NCBI GenBank assembly: GCA_041740355.1
Contig: JBGSMD010000009.1
Location: forward strand, 1-64,000
Source: Bdellovibrionota bacterium
GTDB taxonomy: Bacteria; Bdellovibrionota_C; UBA2361; CALJRW01
DNA: 64,000 bases
Direction of reading: 5' to 3'
Shown: one piece after another, positions 1 through 10,195 of the stretch
Numbering within the stretch: position 1 is the first letter of the stretch
How the letters are laid out: each line of letters starts with the position of its first letter
Notes under the pieces: generated by a model
What the model was told of the DNA's origin: nothing
The model's input: only the letters and a program-made list of their open reading frames with translations
The model's database searches: none
Made by a program: the position numbers and the translations under genes

Positions 1-24
1 CGTGGTGGAAATTCTAGATATTAA
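1..24 (+). CDS. Possible 3' end of an upstream gene (…RGGNSRY*), Gly/Arg-rich tail
   Basis: Frame 1 reads cgt ggt gga aat tct aga tat taa and is followed by a terminator. Only 7 codons are visible. Confidence 0.3.
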   Translation, partial: RGGNSRY

Positions 25-44
25 TCTAGGTTTTACCAATTAAT

Positions 45-83
45 AAAATGCTCATAGTCCTTTAGGATTATGAGCATTTTTTT
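45..83. terminator. Intrinsic terminator, probably bidirectional
   Basis: AAAATGCTCATAGTCC-TTTA-GGATTATGAGCATTTT followed by TTT, with A and T tracts on both sides. Confidence 0.8.
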
Positions 84-140
84 TATCTAAAAAATAATGT
101 ATTTTAGAAAGTCTTGCACCCTCCATTATCGACATAAAAA

Positions 141-752
141 CTAGCGGGGACTAAATGCCGGTAATCGAATCTTCCAAATAATTGCAGAAATTCGTACTAA
201 AAGAATTAGTGCAATGCCAAATAAGCTAGCGAGATCTCCGCCAATTTCTAAACTTTTACAGCAAAGATATCCAACAATTCCAATAATTGCTGCTGAGGAA
301 TAAAGATTCTCCTTAGGACTAAAAAGAAGTGGAGTTTCATGAGTTAACACATCACGCATAACTCCTCCCACCGTACCCGTAATCACCCCCATTAAAACAA
401 TTACGATACTAGAGGAGGAATATTGTTCGGCAATTTGAGCGCCTGAAATAGAAAACAATGCTAAACCAAAGGCATCAGCATATAACAAAAGATTATGTGG
501 TGCCTGAAAGTATCGGGCATAAATTAGAATTACGACAGCAGAGATAAATACTGTCCAAAGATAACTTGGATCCATAACCCAAAATATTGTAGGAGTATTA
601 AGCAAGATGTCCCTTAGGGTTCCACCTCCAATCGCAGTAACAAATGCAATTGCAAAAACACCTATCCAATCATAGCTTTTATAGCCAGCGGCTAATGCTC
701 CGCTAATAGCAAAGACACTAACTCCAATAATACTTAATGAGTAGATCAACAT
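141..752 (-). CDS. Trimeric intracellular cation channel (TRIC/UPF0126) family membrane protein
   Basis: Duplicated motifs FAISGA…TAIGGGTLRDILL and DAFGLALFS…GTVGGVMRDVL; about 7 TM helices. Confidence 0.9.
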   Translation of the reverse strand: MLIYSLSIIGVSVFAISGALAAGYKSYDWIGVFAIAFVTAIGGGTLRDILLNTPTIFWVMDPSYLWTVFISAVVILIYARYFQAPHNLLLYADAFGLALFSISGAQIAEQYSSSSIVIVLMGVITGTVGGVMRDVLTHETPLLFSPKENLYSSAAIIGIVGYLCCKSLEIGGDLASLFGIALILLVRISAIIWKIRLPAFSPR

Positions 753-793
753 AAATATCTGTAATATTTTAGATGTTTTATGTCATAATGAAA

Positions 794-990
794 TTAATGT
801 AATACTAAATCAAGTGAATTTTCATATGTACAAACTCCAGTACATTTTCCAATAACGATTTGATCTATAGGACCAATTGGATTAGGGCCACCAAGAACAG
901 AAAAAGAATTAGCCTTGCGATGGTATGCACCACCATTTATCGTTAGATTATTATATCCTGAATTAAATATTGGTTATAGATTGTGGCCAT
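794..990 (-). pseudogene. Possible frameshifted small ORF or gene remnant coupled to the ftsK stop
   Basis: ATG overlaps the ftsK stop (TAATG) and reads MATIYN. A one-base shift continues into a stop-free 59-codon frame, PIFNSGYNNLTINGGAYHRKAN…KCTGVCTYENSLDLVLH*. Confidence 0.25.
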
Positions 991-3524
991 TAACGACTAA
1001 ACCCTGCCTCATCGTTCATTTTCATTAAAACTTCTCGCGGCTTAGCCCCATCCATTGGCCCAATAACACCTTCCCGCTCTAAAGAATCCATAATTCGAGC
1101 AGCACGGTTATAACCAATTCTATAATTACGCTGAATCATAGAAGTAGATGCTTGCCCCTTCTCTACAACGAATTCCAAGACCTGATCATAAAGCTCATCA
1201 TAATCAAGCTCATTCCCCTTCTCATCAGACTTCTTATCTTCTTCCATGGCACGGGCACAATAGTCCATGATCTCTTCATCATACTGTGGCTTAGATCCTT
1301 CTTTTAGTTTGGCAATAACATTGTTAACTTCTTGATCGGAAACAAAAGCACCATGAACACGTTTTAAATGGTGTGCCCCTGGCATCATCATCAACATATC
1401 TCCTTTTCCAAGAAGTCTTTCTGCCCCCATTGAATCTAAAATAGTACGGGAGTCAATCCGACTAGTTACACGGAATGAAATACGAGCAGGAAAGTTTGCT
1501 TTAATTAAACCAGTAATTACATCAACCGAGGGTCTTTGTGTCGCCAAAATCATATGAATTCCTGCCGCACGTGCTTTCTGTGCTAGGCGAGCCACCAAAT
1601 CTTCAATGTCTCGACCGACCGATAACATTAAATCAGCCATTTCATCAATTACAATTACAATTTTCGGAAGAGTTTGTAGCTCTTCGGAAATAGAAACTTC
1701 TTCAACTTCATTTGCAGTATCATTTAGATCTATATCCGTTTTCCCTAAAGCAATTACCTGCTCTGCTTGTAAATTAATCACACCGGGAATTTTTTTCTTA
1801 GGAGTGCCCTGTTGATCATCTAAACCTCGAACCATCCGGTTATAACCATCAATATTACGAACACCATGTTTCTGCATCATGCGATAACGGCTATTCATTT
1901 CTTTAACTGCCCATTCTAAAACAGCCTTAGCCTGTTTAGGAACTGTTACAACAGGAGCACGTAAGTGTGGAATCCCATCATAGACGCTAAGTTCAAGAAT
2001 CTTCGGATCAATTAAAATTAGACCTAAATCTTCTGGCGAAGAACGAAACAGTAAACTTAAAAGAATTGTATTTATGCAAACCGACTTACCAGCACCGGTT
2101 GCCCCTGCCAGAAGTAAGTGTGGCATGCTAGCAACATCAACTACTACTGGCTCGCCATAAATATCCTTACCAAGTGCAATGCTTAAATCCTTCTCTTCTT
2201 GTAGGAAATCAGGTGATTCAAAAACTTCTCGTAAACGAACAATATCTCGATGAATATTTGGAACTTCAATTCCAACCGTTCCCTTATTCGGAATTGGGGC
2301 TATTATTCGAATCGCACTAGCTTTCAAACTCATAGCTAAGTCATCCTGCAAGGAGGCAATCTTACCAACCTTAACACCAGCAGCTGGCTCAAACTCGAAC
2401 ATAGTAATTACTGGTCCAGGATGAACTTCAGTGACTTTACCAGCGATATTAAAGTCCGAAAGTTTCTCTTCGATCAGTGCCGACATCTGAATGAGTAATT
2501 GATCATCCTCCATTCCGCCAGAACTATCTCCCGGAGTTAAAATATCAAAATCAGGTGGGCAATAGCTATCAAATACCGGTCGTTTTCGCTTCTTTAACTG
2601 CTTACTAACTCCCTGAATATCACGTCGGCGAACGATAACCTCTCTTGTATCTTCTTCCTCTTCGAACTCCTCTTCAATTTCTTCAATAATTTTTGTTTCA
2701 ATTTCAGCTTTGCGGGATGTTTTTTTAGGCTCAGCAAGAAGCTTCTCAATAACGAATTCATTCTTTTTAGTAACTCGAGTTTTTTTTTGCTCAGGAACTT
2801 GCAGGTCAATTGCAAAATTCCCTGCCACTGCTAGCTCCCTTCGTTCATCACGATAGTTAGCAAAATCCTGCCAAGTACTTCCCACATATTCAAAGGCATA
2901 CTTAGGAATATTCCAACATAAAAACTTGCTAGAGGTAGTAAATAATCTTGTGCCAAAACCAAGGATCTCTGCAATTGTCAGGCGACTTAAATGGGCAATA
3001 ATTAAAATGGCTAAACTACCCTGAACAAGTACAGCTCCACTAAAATTAAAATAACGAATTAACGGATTAGAGATCAATCCACCGATTTCACCACCACCGA
3101 TATCTTGAAAATATGTAAAATTTAATCCAGCAATTAATAATCCAGCAAGTAATAATGAAAAAAGACTACTTGGTTTAAAATACCAAGAAAAATCCTGATC
3201 GCGATAAAAAGCGTTATAGGTTGCTAATAGAAAACAGCTAATTGGAAGAAACATTGCCGACCAACCAAATGCTCCATTAATTAGGACAGCAAAATAATGC
3301 CCTAATGGACCCATCATATTATTTTCTGATGATTCTTGGAGAGTTGAATCTAGTGGGAGATCCGAAATATAAAACTGCAAGGATAGAAATGCTACAGTGG
3401 CAAAGATTCCCGTAGCGAAGAGAACTATCGCAATAAAATCTCCAAAACCTTTGTTTTTTTCAGGAACGACGACCTCAGCTTTTGTCTTTCTACGACTAGC
3501 CATATTATTACCTTTTAACTTCAA
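990..3524 (-). CDS. ftsK: DNA translocase FtsK
   Basis: N-terminal 4TM domain; Walker A GATGAGKS; IDEMADLM; LAQKARAAGIH; ATQRPSVDVITG; gamma domain IQRNYRIGYNRAAR. The start may be the ATG at 3503. Confidence 0.97.
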   Translation of the reverse strand: MKLKGNNMASRRKTKAEVVVPEKNKGFGDFIAIVLFATGIFATVAFLSLQFYISDLPLDSTLQESSENNMMGPLGHYFAVLINGAFGWSAMFLPISCFLLATYNAFYRDQDFSWYFKPSSLFSLLLAGLLIAGLNFTYFQDIGGGEIGGLISNPLIRYFNFSGAVLVQGSLAILIIAHLSRLTIAEILGFGTRLFTTSSKFLCWNIPKYAFEYVGSTWQDFANYRDERRELAVAGNFAIDLQVPEQKKTRVTKKNEFVIEKLLAEPKKTSRKAEIETKIIEEIEEEFEEEEDTREVIVRRRDIQGVSKQLKKRKRPVFDSYCPPDFDILTPGDSSGGMEDDQLLIQMSALIEEKLSDFNIAGKVTEVHPGPVITMFEFEPAAGVKVGKIASLQDDLAMSLKASAIRIIAPIPNKGTVGIEVPNIHRDIVRLREVFESPDFLQEEKDLSIALGKDIYGEPVVVDVASMPHLLLAGATGAGKSVCINTILLSLLFRSSPEDLGLILIDPKILELSVYDGIPHLRAPVVTVPKQAKAVLEWAVKEMNSRYRMMQKHGVRNIDGYNRMVRGLDDQQGTPKKKIPGVINLQAEQVIALGKTDIDLNDTANEVEEVSISEELQTLPKIVIVIDEMADLMLSVGRDIEDLVARLAQKARAAGIHMILATQRPSVDVITGLIKANFPARISFRVTSRIDSRTILDSMGAERLLGKGDMLMMMPGAHHLKRVHGAFVSDQEVNNVIAKLKEGSKPQYDEEIMDYCARAMEEDKKSDEKGNELDYDELYDQVLEFVVEKGQASTSMIQRNYRIGYNRAARIMDSLEREGVIGPMDGAKPREVLMKMNDEAGFSR

Positions 3525-3780
3525 AAAAACCTACAGAGTTAGCTTCAAAAAAACGCTAACAATAATACCTGTAATATAGTTAAATTTATCACTTTTAAAA
3601 AGAGGCTAATTAAGCAAATTTCTGAGGAAATCAATAGTGTTTTAATCAAATTTTGACTTATCTAGAATCAATAACCTAAAATTTGGCATCCCAAATACGA
3701 AATTAAAGTAACTTCTAGAGTAATTTTCAAAAAAATTTCGGAATTACTCCTAGTTAGACTATATAGCTTGTTTTTTTATT

Positions 3781-3835
3781 TAAACTTGGATATCCGCCTT
3801 AGCCAAAGCTTTAGCGTCATAAGAATCCAAAATTT
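3781..3835 (+). repeat. REP-like element inside the AAACTTGGAT…ATCCAA(A/G)ATTT hairpin
   Basis: TATCCGCCTTAGCCAAAGCTTTAGCG with the same flanks as the copies at 62014-62067 and 41152-41195 (reverse). Confidence 0.55.
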
Positions 3836-4103
3836 AAACGGTCTTGAGCCCTCAAAGATAATTACCTAGAGGAAAATTAGTTTTTGGCCCCTCTATAGTC
3901 TTAATGTCTCAAGACTGCTAAAGTAAAATAACAAATTATAATAAAATATCACTTAGCTTATTTTATTAGGATGAAAGATGAAAAACTTCATTTTTCGTTC
4001 CTAGCAAAGTGTAGTTTTCTTGTGCGATTTCCCCCTTTTCTTTAATTTCAAAATATTGCATAAGATCACATGAACAATACAAAACTTTATAATAAATAAT
4101 TTT

Positions 4104-4505
4104 ATGGCTAAACCAGTTGATAAAATCATGGAAGCTCTAACACTTCTAATGGAAGGCTTTCAAGAACTACAATCCAAAATCGCTGAAGAACATACGGACG
4201 AGGACGAAGAGCTCGAAGAAGAAAGCCCTGAGGTTGAATCAGAAGTTATTAATGAAACTCGCTTGGCATTAGAGGGAGTGATTGATAGCGAAGATTATTC
4301 AACAGAAGAAATTGCTTCCGTAATTGCCCACCTGATGGAGGCTATTCAAGAAATCGATCCTGACGTTTTTGATGAAGACGAAGAAGATCATTCCGAAGAA
4401 GATGATCCCGAAGAGGACGATGAGTTACTATTCGATGAAGACTTAGAAGACTTGGAAACTCTAGAAGAAGATTCTGAGGACGAAGAAGACGAAGAAACTT
4501 ATTAA
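4104..4505 (+). CDS. Hypothetical, extremely acidic protein
   Basis: 59 of 133 residues are Asp/Glu and only 4 are Lys/Arg (hand count). Confidence 0.8.
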   Translation: MAKPVDKIMEALTLLMEGFQELQSKIAEEHTDEDEELEEESPEVESEVINETRLALEGVIDSEDYSTEEIASVIAHLMEAIQEIDPDVFDEDEEDHSEEDDPEEDDELLFDEDLEDLETLEEDSEDEEDEETY

Positions 4506-4518
4506 TCCAATTACTTAA

Positions 4519-4551
4519 AACAGTTAAGCAGAGGGCCTCTGCTTAACTGTT
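4519..4551. terminator. Perfect palindrome between convergent genes (terminator-like)
   Basis: AACAGTTAAGCAGAGG-G-CCTCTGCTTAACTGTT. Confidence 0.7.
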
Positions 4552-4563
4552 CCACTAAGACTA

Positions 4564-5784
4564 TTACTCTCCAATCAAACGGTATTCACCAAACGTTTCA
4601 AAATTTATATTATTTAAAAAACTAACAATATCTTTTGTTTGGACGGCATTTACTTTAGCAATTGTCTCGTGAATTGTTTCTGTCTTTCCATGATACAAAA
4701 AATTTTCAGACAGATTAATCATCCGATTATAAGGCATTTCCGCCGATATCGCTAAGCGACTTGCAAGTTTCGTTTTTGATCTTTCTAATTCCTGCTCTGA
4801 GAAATTTAATTTGGCGGTTAAATAAGATTTAACTTTTTTAGTAACCTCTTCTAAATTCTTTGGATCGCAAGAAGCATAAACCAAAATTGATCCTGCTTGG
4901 TCATTTGCATCAACCCAGAGGTAACAGGATTCAACTGTTCCCGGTTCCAGCAGATCCCAATATATCTTAGATCCAGTTTGATCCCCAATAATATTAGCCC
5001 AAAGATTTGCCGGATAATAATTAGCATCTTGTGCAGAAGGACCAGGCAAAACTAATAACAAATGAGTCATGTTTAACTTATCGCGCTTAAAGTCTTTCTG
5101 AACTGAAGAAAATTTTAACTCTGGGTAAACTCTAGCTGTTTCCCGAAGTTTCCAATTAGCAGTTAACTGTTCTGCTTCGATACAAATCTTTTCCCAATCA
5201 AAATTACCCGCGACACTAAGAACCATATTTTTAGTTTGGTAACGTCGTTCCCAATAATCGCGCATCTGCTGAACAGTGATTGCTGAAACTGATTCCACTG
5301 ACCCAAGTACGGAATTACCTAATGGGTGACTTGCAAAATAATCGGCAACCGTTTCCATATAGAAAAAAGAACTAGGGTCGTCATTCTTTCGAGCAATCTC
5401 CTCTAGGATTACCTTTTTCTCCATATCAAATTCATCAGAATCTAATTTTGGTTGTAACATATCTAAAAGCAATTCTAGATAACCGGATTGGAATTCGGGC
5501 AAAATAGTCGCGTAATAGGTTGTATGCTCAACCGAGGTATAAGCATTCGCTTGCGCCCCCAGCTCTCCTAAACAATCATTAACTTCCTTAGCCGAACGCT
5601 TAAAAGTTCCTTTAAACATCATATGTTCTAAAAAATGCGAAATACCACTTTCTGCTACAGTCTCATCCCTAGAACCAGTATTGACCATAACCCCGATCGA
5701 ACAGGAATTTGCCGAAGATAAATATTCACCAACAATCTGCAAACCATTTGCTAACTTATGCGACAACAAAGAATTATTACTCAT
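4564..5784 (-). CDS. M16B zinc peptidase, catalytic subunit
   Basis: GSRDE…GISHFLEHMMFKGT (HXXEH), NAYTS, EKKVILEE. Confidence 0.93.
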   Translation of the reverse strand: MSNNSLLSHKLANGLQIVGEYLSSANSCSIGVMVNTGSRDETVAESGISHFLEHMMFKGTFKRSAKEVNDCLGELGAQANAYTSVEHTTYYATILPEFQSGYLELLLDMLQPKLDSDEFDMEKKVILEEIARKNDDPSSFFYMETVADYFASHPLGNSVLGSVESVSAITVQQMRDYWERRYQTKNMVLSVAGNFDWEKICIEAEQLTANWKLRETARVYPELKFSSVQKDFKRDKLNMTHLLLVLPGPSAQDANYYPANLWANIIGDQTGSKIYWDLLEPGTVESCYLWVDANDQAGSILVYASCDPKNLEEVTKKVKSYLTAKLNFSEQELERSKTKLASRLAISAEMPYNRMINLSENFLYHGKTETIHETIAKVNAVQTKDIVSFLNNINFETFGEYRLIGE

Positions 5785-5806
5785 ACTATTAATTATTTAA
5801 AATCTA

Positions 5807-7033
5807 TTACTGAATCTTAACTTTTCCTAATGTTAGGATTGATGGATTCTGAAATGGTGATCTAGCCAAATATTGGTTCAGATGATTAATGCCGATCTCA
5901 CTAATGTTTGTTTTAATTTCATCAAGGCTCCTAACACGCCCAAAATTCTCATAGTCATTGGCATAGCTAATGGCTTTTGACAAAGAAGATTCTCTTGAAA
6001 TTACTAATGATGAAAGAATATCTGTTTTAACACGTTTTAGTTCTTCTTCTGTAATTGTATTTAGTAGACTTACTAACACTTCTTGAATTACATCCAACGT
6101 TGCTCGAGCCCTTTCGGTCGTAGTGCCAGAATAGCAGATTAGTCGACCATACTTTGGGTGTGCCGTGTAGCTGGAATAGACACTGTAACAAAGCCCCCTT
6201 TTTTCTCTGACTTCTAAAAATAATCGTCCAAACATTCCACCAGATAACAAACCGTTTACAAGTCTCATTGGATAATAATCAGGAGAACTAATAGCTGGCG
6301 CGGGATAAGCTAATAAGATTTGAGTTTGGGCCGAGTCGAAATCTAAATGATCTTGAAATTGGGCCGGGAAATCATTCCAAGGAATTTCATCTTCTGGTGT
6401 TGTCGTTCCTTTACACTTCAAAAATGGAGCTACAGCATTTTCAATTTCCGTAAAATCTAGATTGGCAACAATAGAAAGAATTGCACCGGAAACATGATAC
6501 TGATCTTGATATACTTGCTCAAGATCGGTAACAGTCGTTGCTGTGATCCCAGCGAGTTCACCCATTAAAGATCGATTATAAGGACTTGGAAAATATCTTT
6601 GATTAAATTCACGGCCCACTAGTTTGGAAGGTTCATCTTGTACACTAAGAATTTCTTGAAGTAGTAATTCTTTAACTTTTGGTAATCCCTCTTCTCCGAT
6701 AACTGGTTCAGAAAAAAGTAGATAAAGTAACCTGAGCGCCTCCGCTAATTTAGATGACAAGCAACTACCTTGGAATTGAAATCGCTCTAACTTGGCACTC
6801 TCGCCATGGGAAATTCCATTACCATCGAAAAGATCGGATAACTCCTGAGGAGAATACTGAGCCGCTTGTCGACCTGTTAACTCACTGAGAATTAAACTTG
6901 CTCCAACTCGTGATTCTGAATCAGCGACGACCCCACTGCCAAAATTTAAATTATAAGCAGCAGAGCTAATGTCTTTTACTTGTTGATAAATCAACGTAAG
7001 TCCATTAGGGTATGTTTTAATATTAATTTGCAT
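5807..7033 (-). CDS. M16B peptidase, non-catalytic partner subunit
   Basis: M16 fold with GGMFGRLFLEVREKRGLCY but no HXXEH; adjacent to the catalytic subunit. Confidence 0.88.
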   Translation of the reverse strand: MQINIKTYPNGLTLIYQQVKDISSAAYNLNFGSGVVADSESRVGASLILSELTGRQAAQYSPQELSDLFDGNGISHGESAKLERFQFQGSCLSSKLAEALRLLYLLFSEPVIGEEGLPKVKELLLQEILSVQDEPSKLVGREFNQRYFPSPYNRSLMGELAGITATTVTDLEQVYQDQYHVSGAILSIVANLDFTEIENAVAPFLKCKGTTTPEDEIPWNDFPAQFQDHLDFDSAQTQILLAYPAPAISSPDYYPMRLVNGLLSGGMFGRLFLEVREKRGLCYSVYSSYTAHPKYGRLICYSGTTTERARATLDVIQEVLVSLLNTITEEELKRVKTDILSSLVISRESSLSKAISYANDYENFGRVRSLDEIKTNISEIGINHLNQYLARSPFQNPSILTLGKVKIQ

Positions 7034-7063
7034 CGATTAAGTGTCTATATTAATAGTTTGAAT

Positions 7064-7208
7064 TATAGTTATGACAAAAAGTATTTTCCGAATATTTAAA
7101 AGTAAGCTTTGTGTTTTTGTCATAACCGTATGATTTTATAACGCTTGCGGGGGAAAGTAAGCCCCAAAAAGTAATTTCCCTAGGAAATTACTTTTTGGAC
7201 TCACTATA
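7064..7208 (+). mobile_element. ~145-bp MITE-like element, copy 1
   Basis: Imperfect TIRs TATAGTTATGACAAAAAGT…ACTTTTTGGACTCACTATA with TA ends; alignable to 41195-41340 and 51669-51811 (reverse). Confidence 0.75.
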
Positions 7209-7288
7209 TATACTCACTTTTTTCATTTTTTATCAAAAATAAAAAAAGTGACTGAGCAAAATCCTGGCGAATTATCCTCTGAAGTTAT

Positions 7289-7317
7289 TTGTCCGCCGTA
7301 GCTTTAGCGTAGGAGGA
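7289..7317 (+). repeat. REP-like palindromic repeat
   Basis: TTGTCCGCCGTAGCTTTAGCGTAGGAGGA; family recurs about 10 times in intergenic DNA. Confidence 0.75.
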
Positions 7318-7374
7318 TTAATTGCCGCAAACAATAACACCAACCATTCTTTATTTAATTTGATATTTTAAAAA

Positions 7375-7677
7375 ATGAACAGTAGCGAGTTTAATTATCA
7401 GTGTTACAAATGCAATCGTCAAGTTACTGTTAATGAAAACCAGAAGATTTCCTTTCGAGATTCCTGCTTAGGATGCCGGGAGGACCTACATATCTGCAAA
7501 AATTGTCGCTTCTACGACCAAACATTAAATAATGAATGCGCGGAGAATCAAGCAGAAAAAGTAACTGAAAAAAATCGTAGCAATCGTTGTGAGTTCTTTC
7601 GTTTTAAAGAATCAGCCAATTCCATTAATAGCGATAAGCAAAATAGTCTTAAGAAATTGGAAGATCTTTTCAAGTAA
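7375..7677 (+). CDS. Small Cys-rich, probable zinc-binding hypothetical protein
   Basis: CYKC, CLGC, CKNC plus two further Cys; C-terminal LEDLFK. Confidence 0.8.
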   Translation: MNSSEFNYQCYKCNRQVTVNENQKISFRDSCLGCREDLHICKNCRFYDQTLNNECAENQAEKVTEKNRSNRCEFFRFKESANSINSDKQNSLKKLEDLFK

Positions 7678-7766
7678 ATTACACGTTTCAGATTTTTTAA
7701 GAAGTGATTTGGAACTATTTGATAATTACAATTATTGATTGACAGAGAAAAGCAAGTAAATCTTGA

Positions 7767-9158
7767 TTAGGAAACCTTAATCCCTAACTTATCCATTTTA
7801 TATTTTAAAATTCTTCGACTAATTCCAAGTAAATCAGCGGCCTTAGTTTGAACATTATTTGTTTTCAGCAAAGCTTTTTCGATCATCGCCTTTTCAAACT
7901 CCTGTCCTGCTTCCAGCAAATCTAATTGATCAGAACTTACTTCTATTGATGTATTTAGTTTATGACTTAGTAAATGTGGTCGAATTCTAGCTGGCAAGTG
8001 TTCTAGCTCAATCACATTACTATTACTAAGAGCATAAGCTCCCTCTAAAACGTTTTCTAACTCACGAACATTTCCTGGCCAAGCATAGCTCTTAAATACA
8101 TCTGATGATTCCGGAGAAAAGGTTAGTATAGGTTTTTGATATTTGTAAGAAAATTTATTATGAAAATAATCCGCAATTAATTCCCAATCATTTCCCCTAG
8201 ATCGAAGCGCTGGTAATTCTAAATGCACCACATTAATTCGATAAAATAAATCTTGTCGAAAGGTTCCCTGCTCTACCATTTTTTCTAAATTTTGATTTGT
8301 CGCGGTAATGATTCGTACATCTACCTTGCGAACCTTAGAAGATCCCAGCCTAAAGAATTCCTGTCCTTGTAAAAAACGTAAGAGCTTGACCTGTAAATTT
8401 AATGGGAGTTCCCCAATTTCATCAAGAAATAGTGTTCCTTGATCGGCCATTTCAACTAAACCAAGTTTGACTTGATCTGCTCCGGTGAAAGCTCCCTTTT
8501 CATATCCAAACAATTCCGCTTCTATTAGGTTTTCGGGTATAGCTGCACAATTTAAAGCAATAAAAGGTGCCTCTGAATTGGCACTGTAATTATGGATCTG
8601 TCTTGCAATCAGCTCCTTGCCAGTTCCCGACTCTCCCGAAATCAAAGCTGTCGTCTTATGACCAGAAATTAACTTAACTTTATCCAAAACTGCTAAGATA
8701 GCTGGCGATTTACCAATAATCTCAACACTCGAAGATACTTTATGTTGATTTGATTCAGGTAAAGATTTTTCCGTTGATTTTATTAAAAAAATATTAGCGA
8801 TTAACTCACTTAATTCTTCGACATCAAATGGTTTATGTACGTAATCCACAGCTCCCAACTTCATTGAGGTTACAGCGCTTTTTACTGTGTTACTTCCTGA
8901 TAACATGACCACTGGGACTTGATTGTCCATCGCTTTTAGCTTCTTTAGTGTTTCTAAACCATCCATTCCAGGTAAAATTAAATCCAAGAAAACTAGATCT
9001 GGATTAATTTCAACGATTTGCCCCAAGAGCTCTTCTCCGGATGTCAATGTTTCTATTTCAAAGCTATTCTTTAATAATAGTGACAGTGTGTCACGAATCA
9101 TTTGCTCGTCATCTACAACTAAGATTTTCTTGCGATTTACTTCAATCATTAAGCCCAA
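7767..9158 (-). CDS. Sigma54-dependent response regulator (NtrC/AtoC family)
   Basis: Receiver domain (VVDD, FLDL, KPF), GESGTGKE, GAFTGA, LFLDEIGE, WPGNVRELEN, Fis-type HTH. Confidence 0.95.
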   Translation of the reverse strand: MGLMIEVNRKKILVVDDEQMIRDTLSLLLKNSFEIETLTSGEELLGQIVEINPDLVFLDLILPGMDGLETLKKLKAMDNQVPVVMLSGSNTVKSAVTSMKLGAVDYVHKPFDVEELSELIANIFLIKSTEKSLPESNQHKVSSSVEIIGKSPAILAVLDKVKLISGHKTTALISGESGTGKELIARQIHNYSANSEAPFIALNCAAIPENLIEAELFGYEKGAFTGADQVKLGLVEMADQGTLFLDEIGELPLNLQVKLLRFLQGQEFFRLGSSKVRKVDVRIITATNQNLEKMVEQGTFRQDLFYRINVVHLELPALRSRGNDWELIADYFHNKFSYKYQKPILTFSPESSDVFKSYAWPGNVRELENVLEGAYALSNSNVIELEHLPARIRPHLLSHKLNTSIEVSSDQLDLLEAGQEFEKAMIEKALLKTNNVQTKAADLLGISRRILKYKMDKLGIKVS

Positions 9159-9287
9159 TATTTGTAATTTTGAATGCTAAAAATATGCATTAGATTTTGT
9201 AATGAAAGCGCAGTAATAAGCCCACGACTTTAGAATTTAGATGCTGATAAACAATAATTAGTTGTATAAAAATATGAATATAGTAAG

Positions 9288-10190
9288 ATGCCGATAATAA
9301 TGGATATTTTACCTCAACTTCTGATAAATTCCTTAATTACAGGCAGTATTTATGCCCTCGTTTGCTGTGGAATTTCGCTAGTCTATGGATTGTTGCGAAT
9401 ATTGAATTTCGCGCATGGGCACATCTTAATGCTCGGAGCCTACTCTTATTATTTATTTAACAGTACACTCGGAATTAACTTCTACTGTTCTTTTGCTCTA
9501 AGTTTTATATTTATTGCCTTTTTTGCGGCCATTACCTTTAAAGTCTTTGTTGGACCCTTTCTCAACTATAATCCGATTCTAGTCTTCGTCACTACCTTAG
9601 CATTATCAATTATGTTGGAGTCATTAGTTTCGATTGGCTTTGGAGTGAATGTTAAATCTCTAGATGCCGGCGAATTATTAAACAGTGTGGAAATTGGGAG
9701 TGTCTATATCACTCCGATTCAAATGATTATAATTAGTAGTGCCTTGTTTATCCTATTGCTTGTTGCACTAGTGATCCATAAGACTGTAATCGGTCGCTTA
9801 ATTCGGGCACTTTCGGAGAACTCCTCTGCTGGTCAAAGCTTGGGAATTAATAGCCACTATGTTTATTACGGAGTTTTTATTTTTGGCTCACTGGTTGCAG
9901 CTTTTAGTGGAATTATGCTGGCTTATGAAACTAACCTCCAGCCACTTATGGGAAACTCTTACACGATTAAAGCATTTGCAGCGATGATCCTCGGAGGCCT
10001 TGGAAATCTATGGGGAACAATTATTGGGGCCTTTCTACTTGGCTTGGTAGAGAATCTGAGTATTGGCTTAGACTTTGGTGGTTATAGTTTACCTGCCGGA
10101 TATAAAGACGCTTTTGCCTTTTTAATTATCTTACTTATCCTCGTTATTCGACCTCAGGGATTATTTGGCAGAACATATAGGAAAGCTTAA
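9288..10190 (+). CDS. livH: Branched-chain amino acid ABC permease
   Basis: GSIYAL…G…ILNFAHG and AMILGGLGN…G motifs. Confidence 0.9.
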   Translation: MPIIMDILPQLLINSLITGSIYALVCCGISLVYGLLRILNFAHGHILMLGAYSYYLFNSTLGINFYCSFALSFIFIAFFAAITFKVFVGPFLNYNPILVFVTTLALSIMLESLVSIGFGVNVKSLDAGELLNSVEIGSVYITPIQMIIISSALFILLLVALVIHKTVIGRLIRALSENSSAGQSLGINSHYVYYGVFIFGSLVAAFSGIMLAYETNLQPLMGNSYTIKAFAAMILGGLGNLWGTIIGAFLLGLVENLSIGLDFGGYSLPAGYKDAFAFLIILLILVIRPQGLFGRTYRKA

Positions 10191-10195
10191 AGCAA

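Noticed and set aside
5807-7033. Pseudogenised peptidase (no HXXEH)
   Set aside because: The ORF is intact, and catalytic plus non-catalytic M16B pairs are a well-known heterodimer arrangement.
7198-7208. T7 promoter-like GACTCACTATA (also at 41330-41340), suggesting vector contamination or phage
   Set aside because: The upstream TAATAC is missing, and the motif is the terminal inverted repeat of the MITE family.
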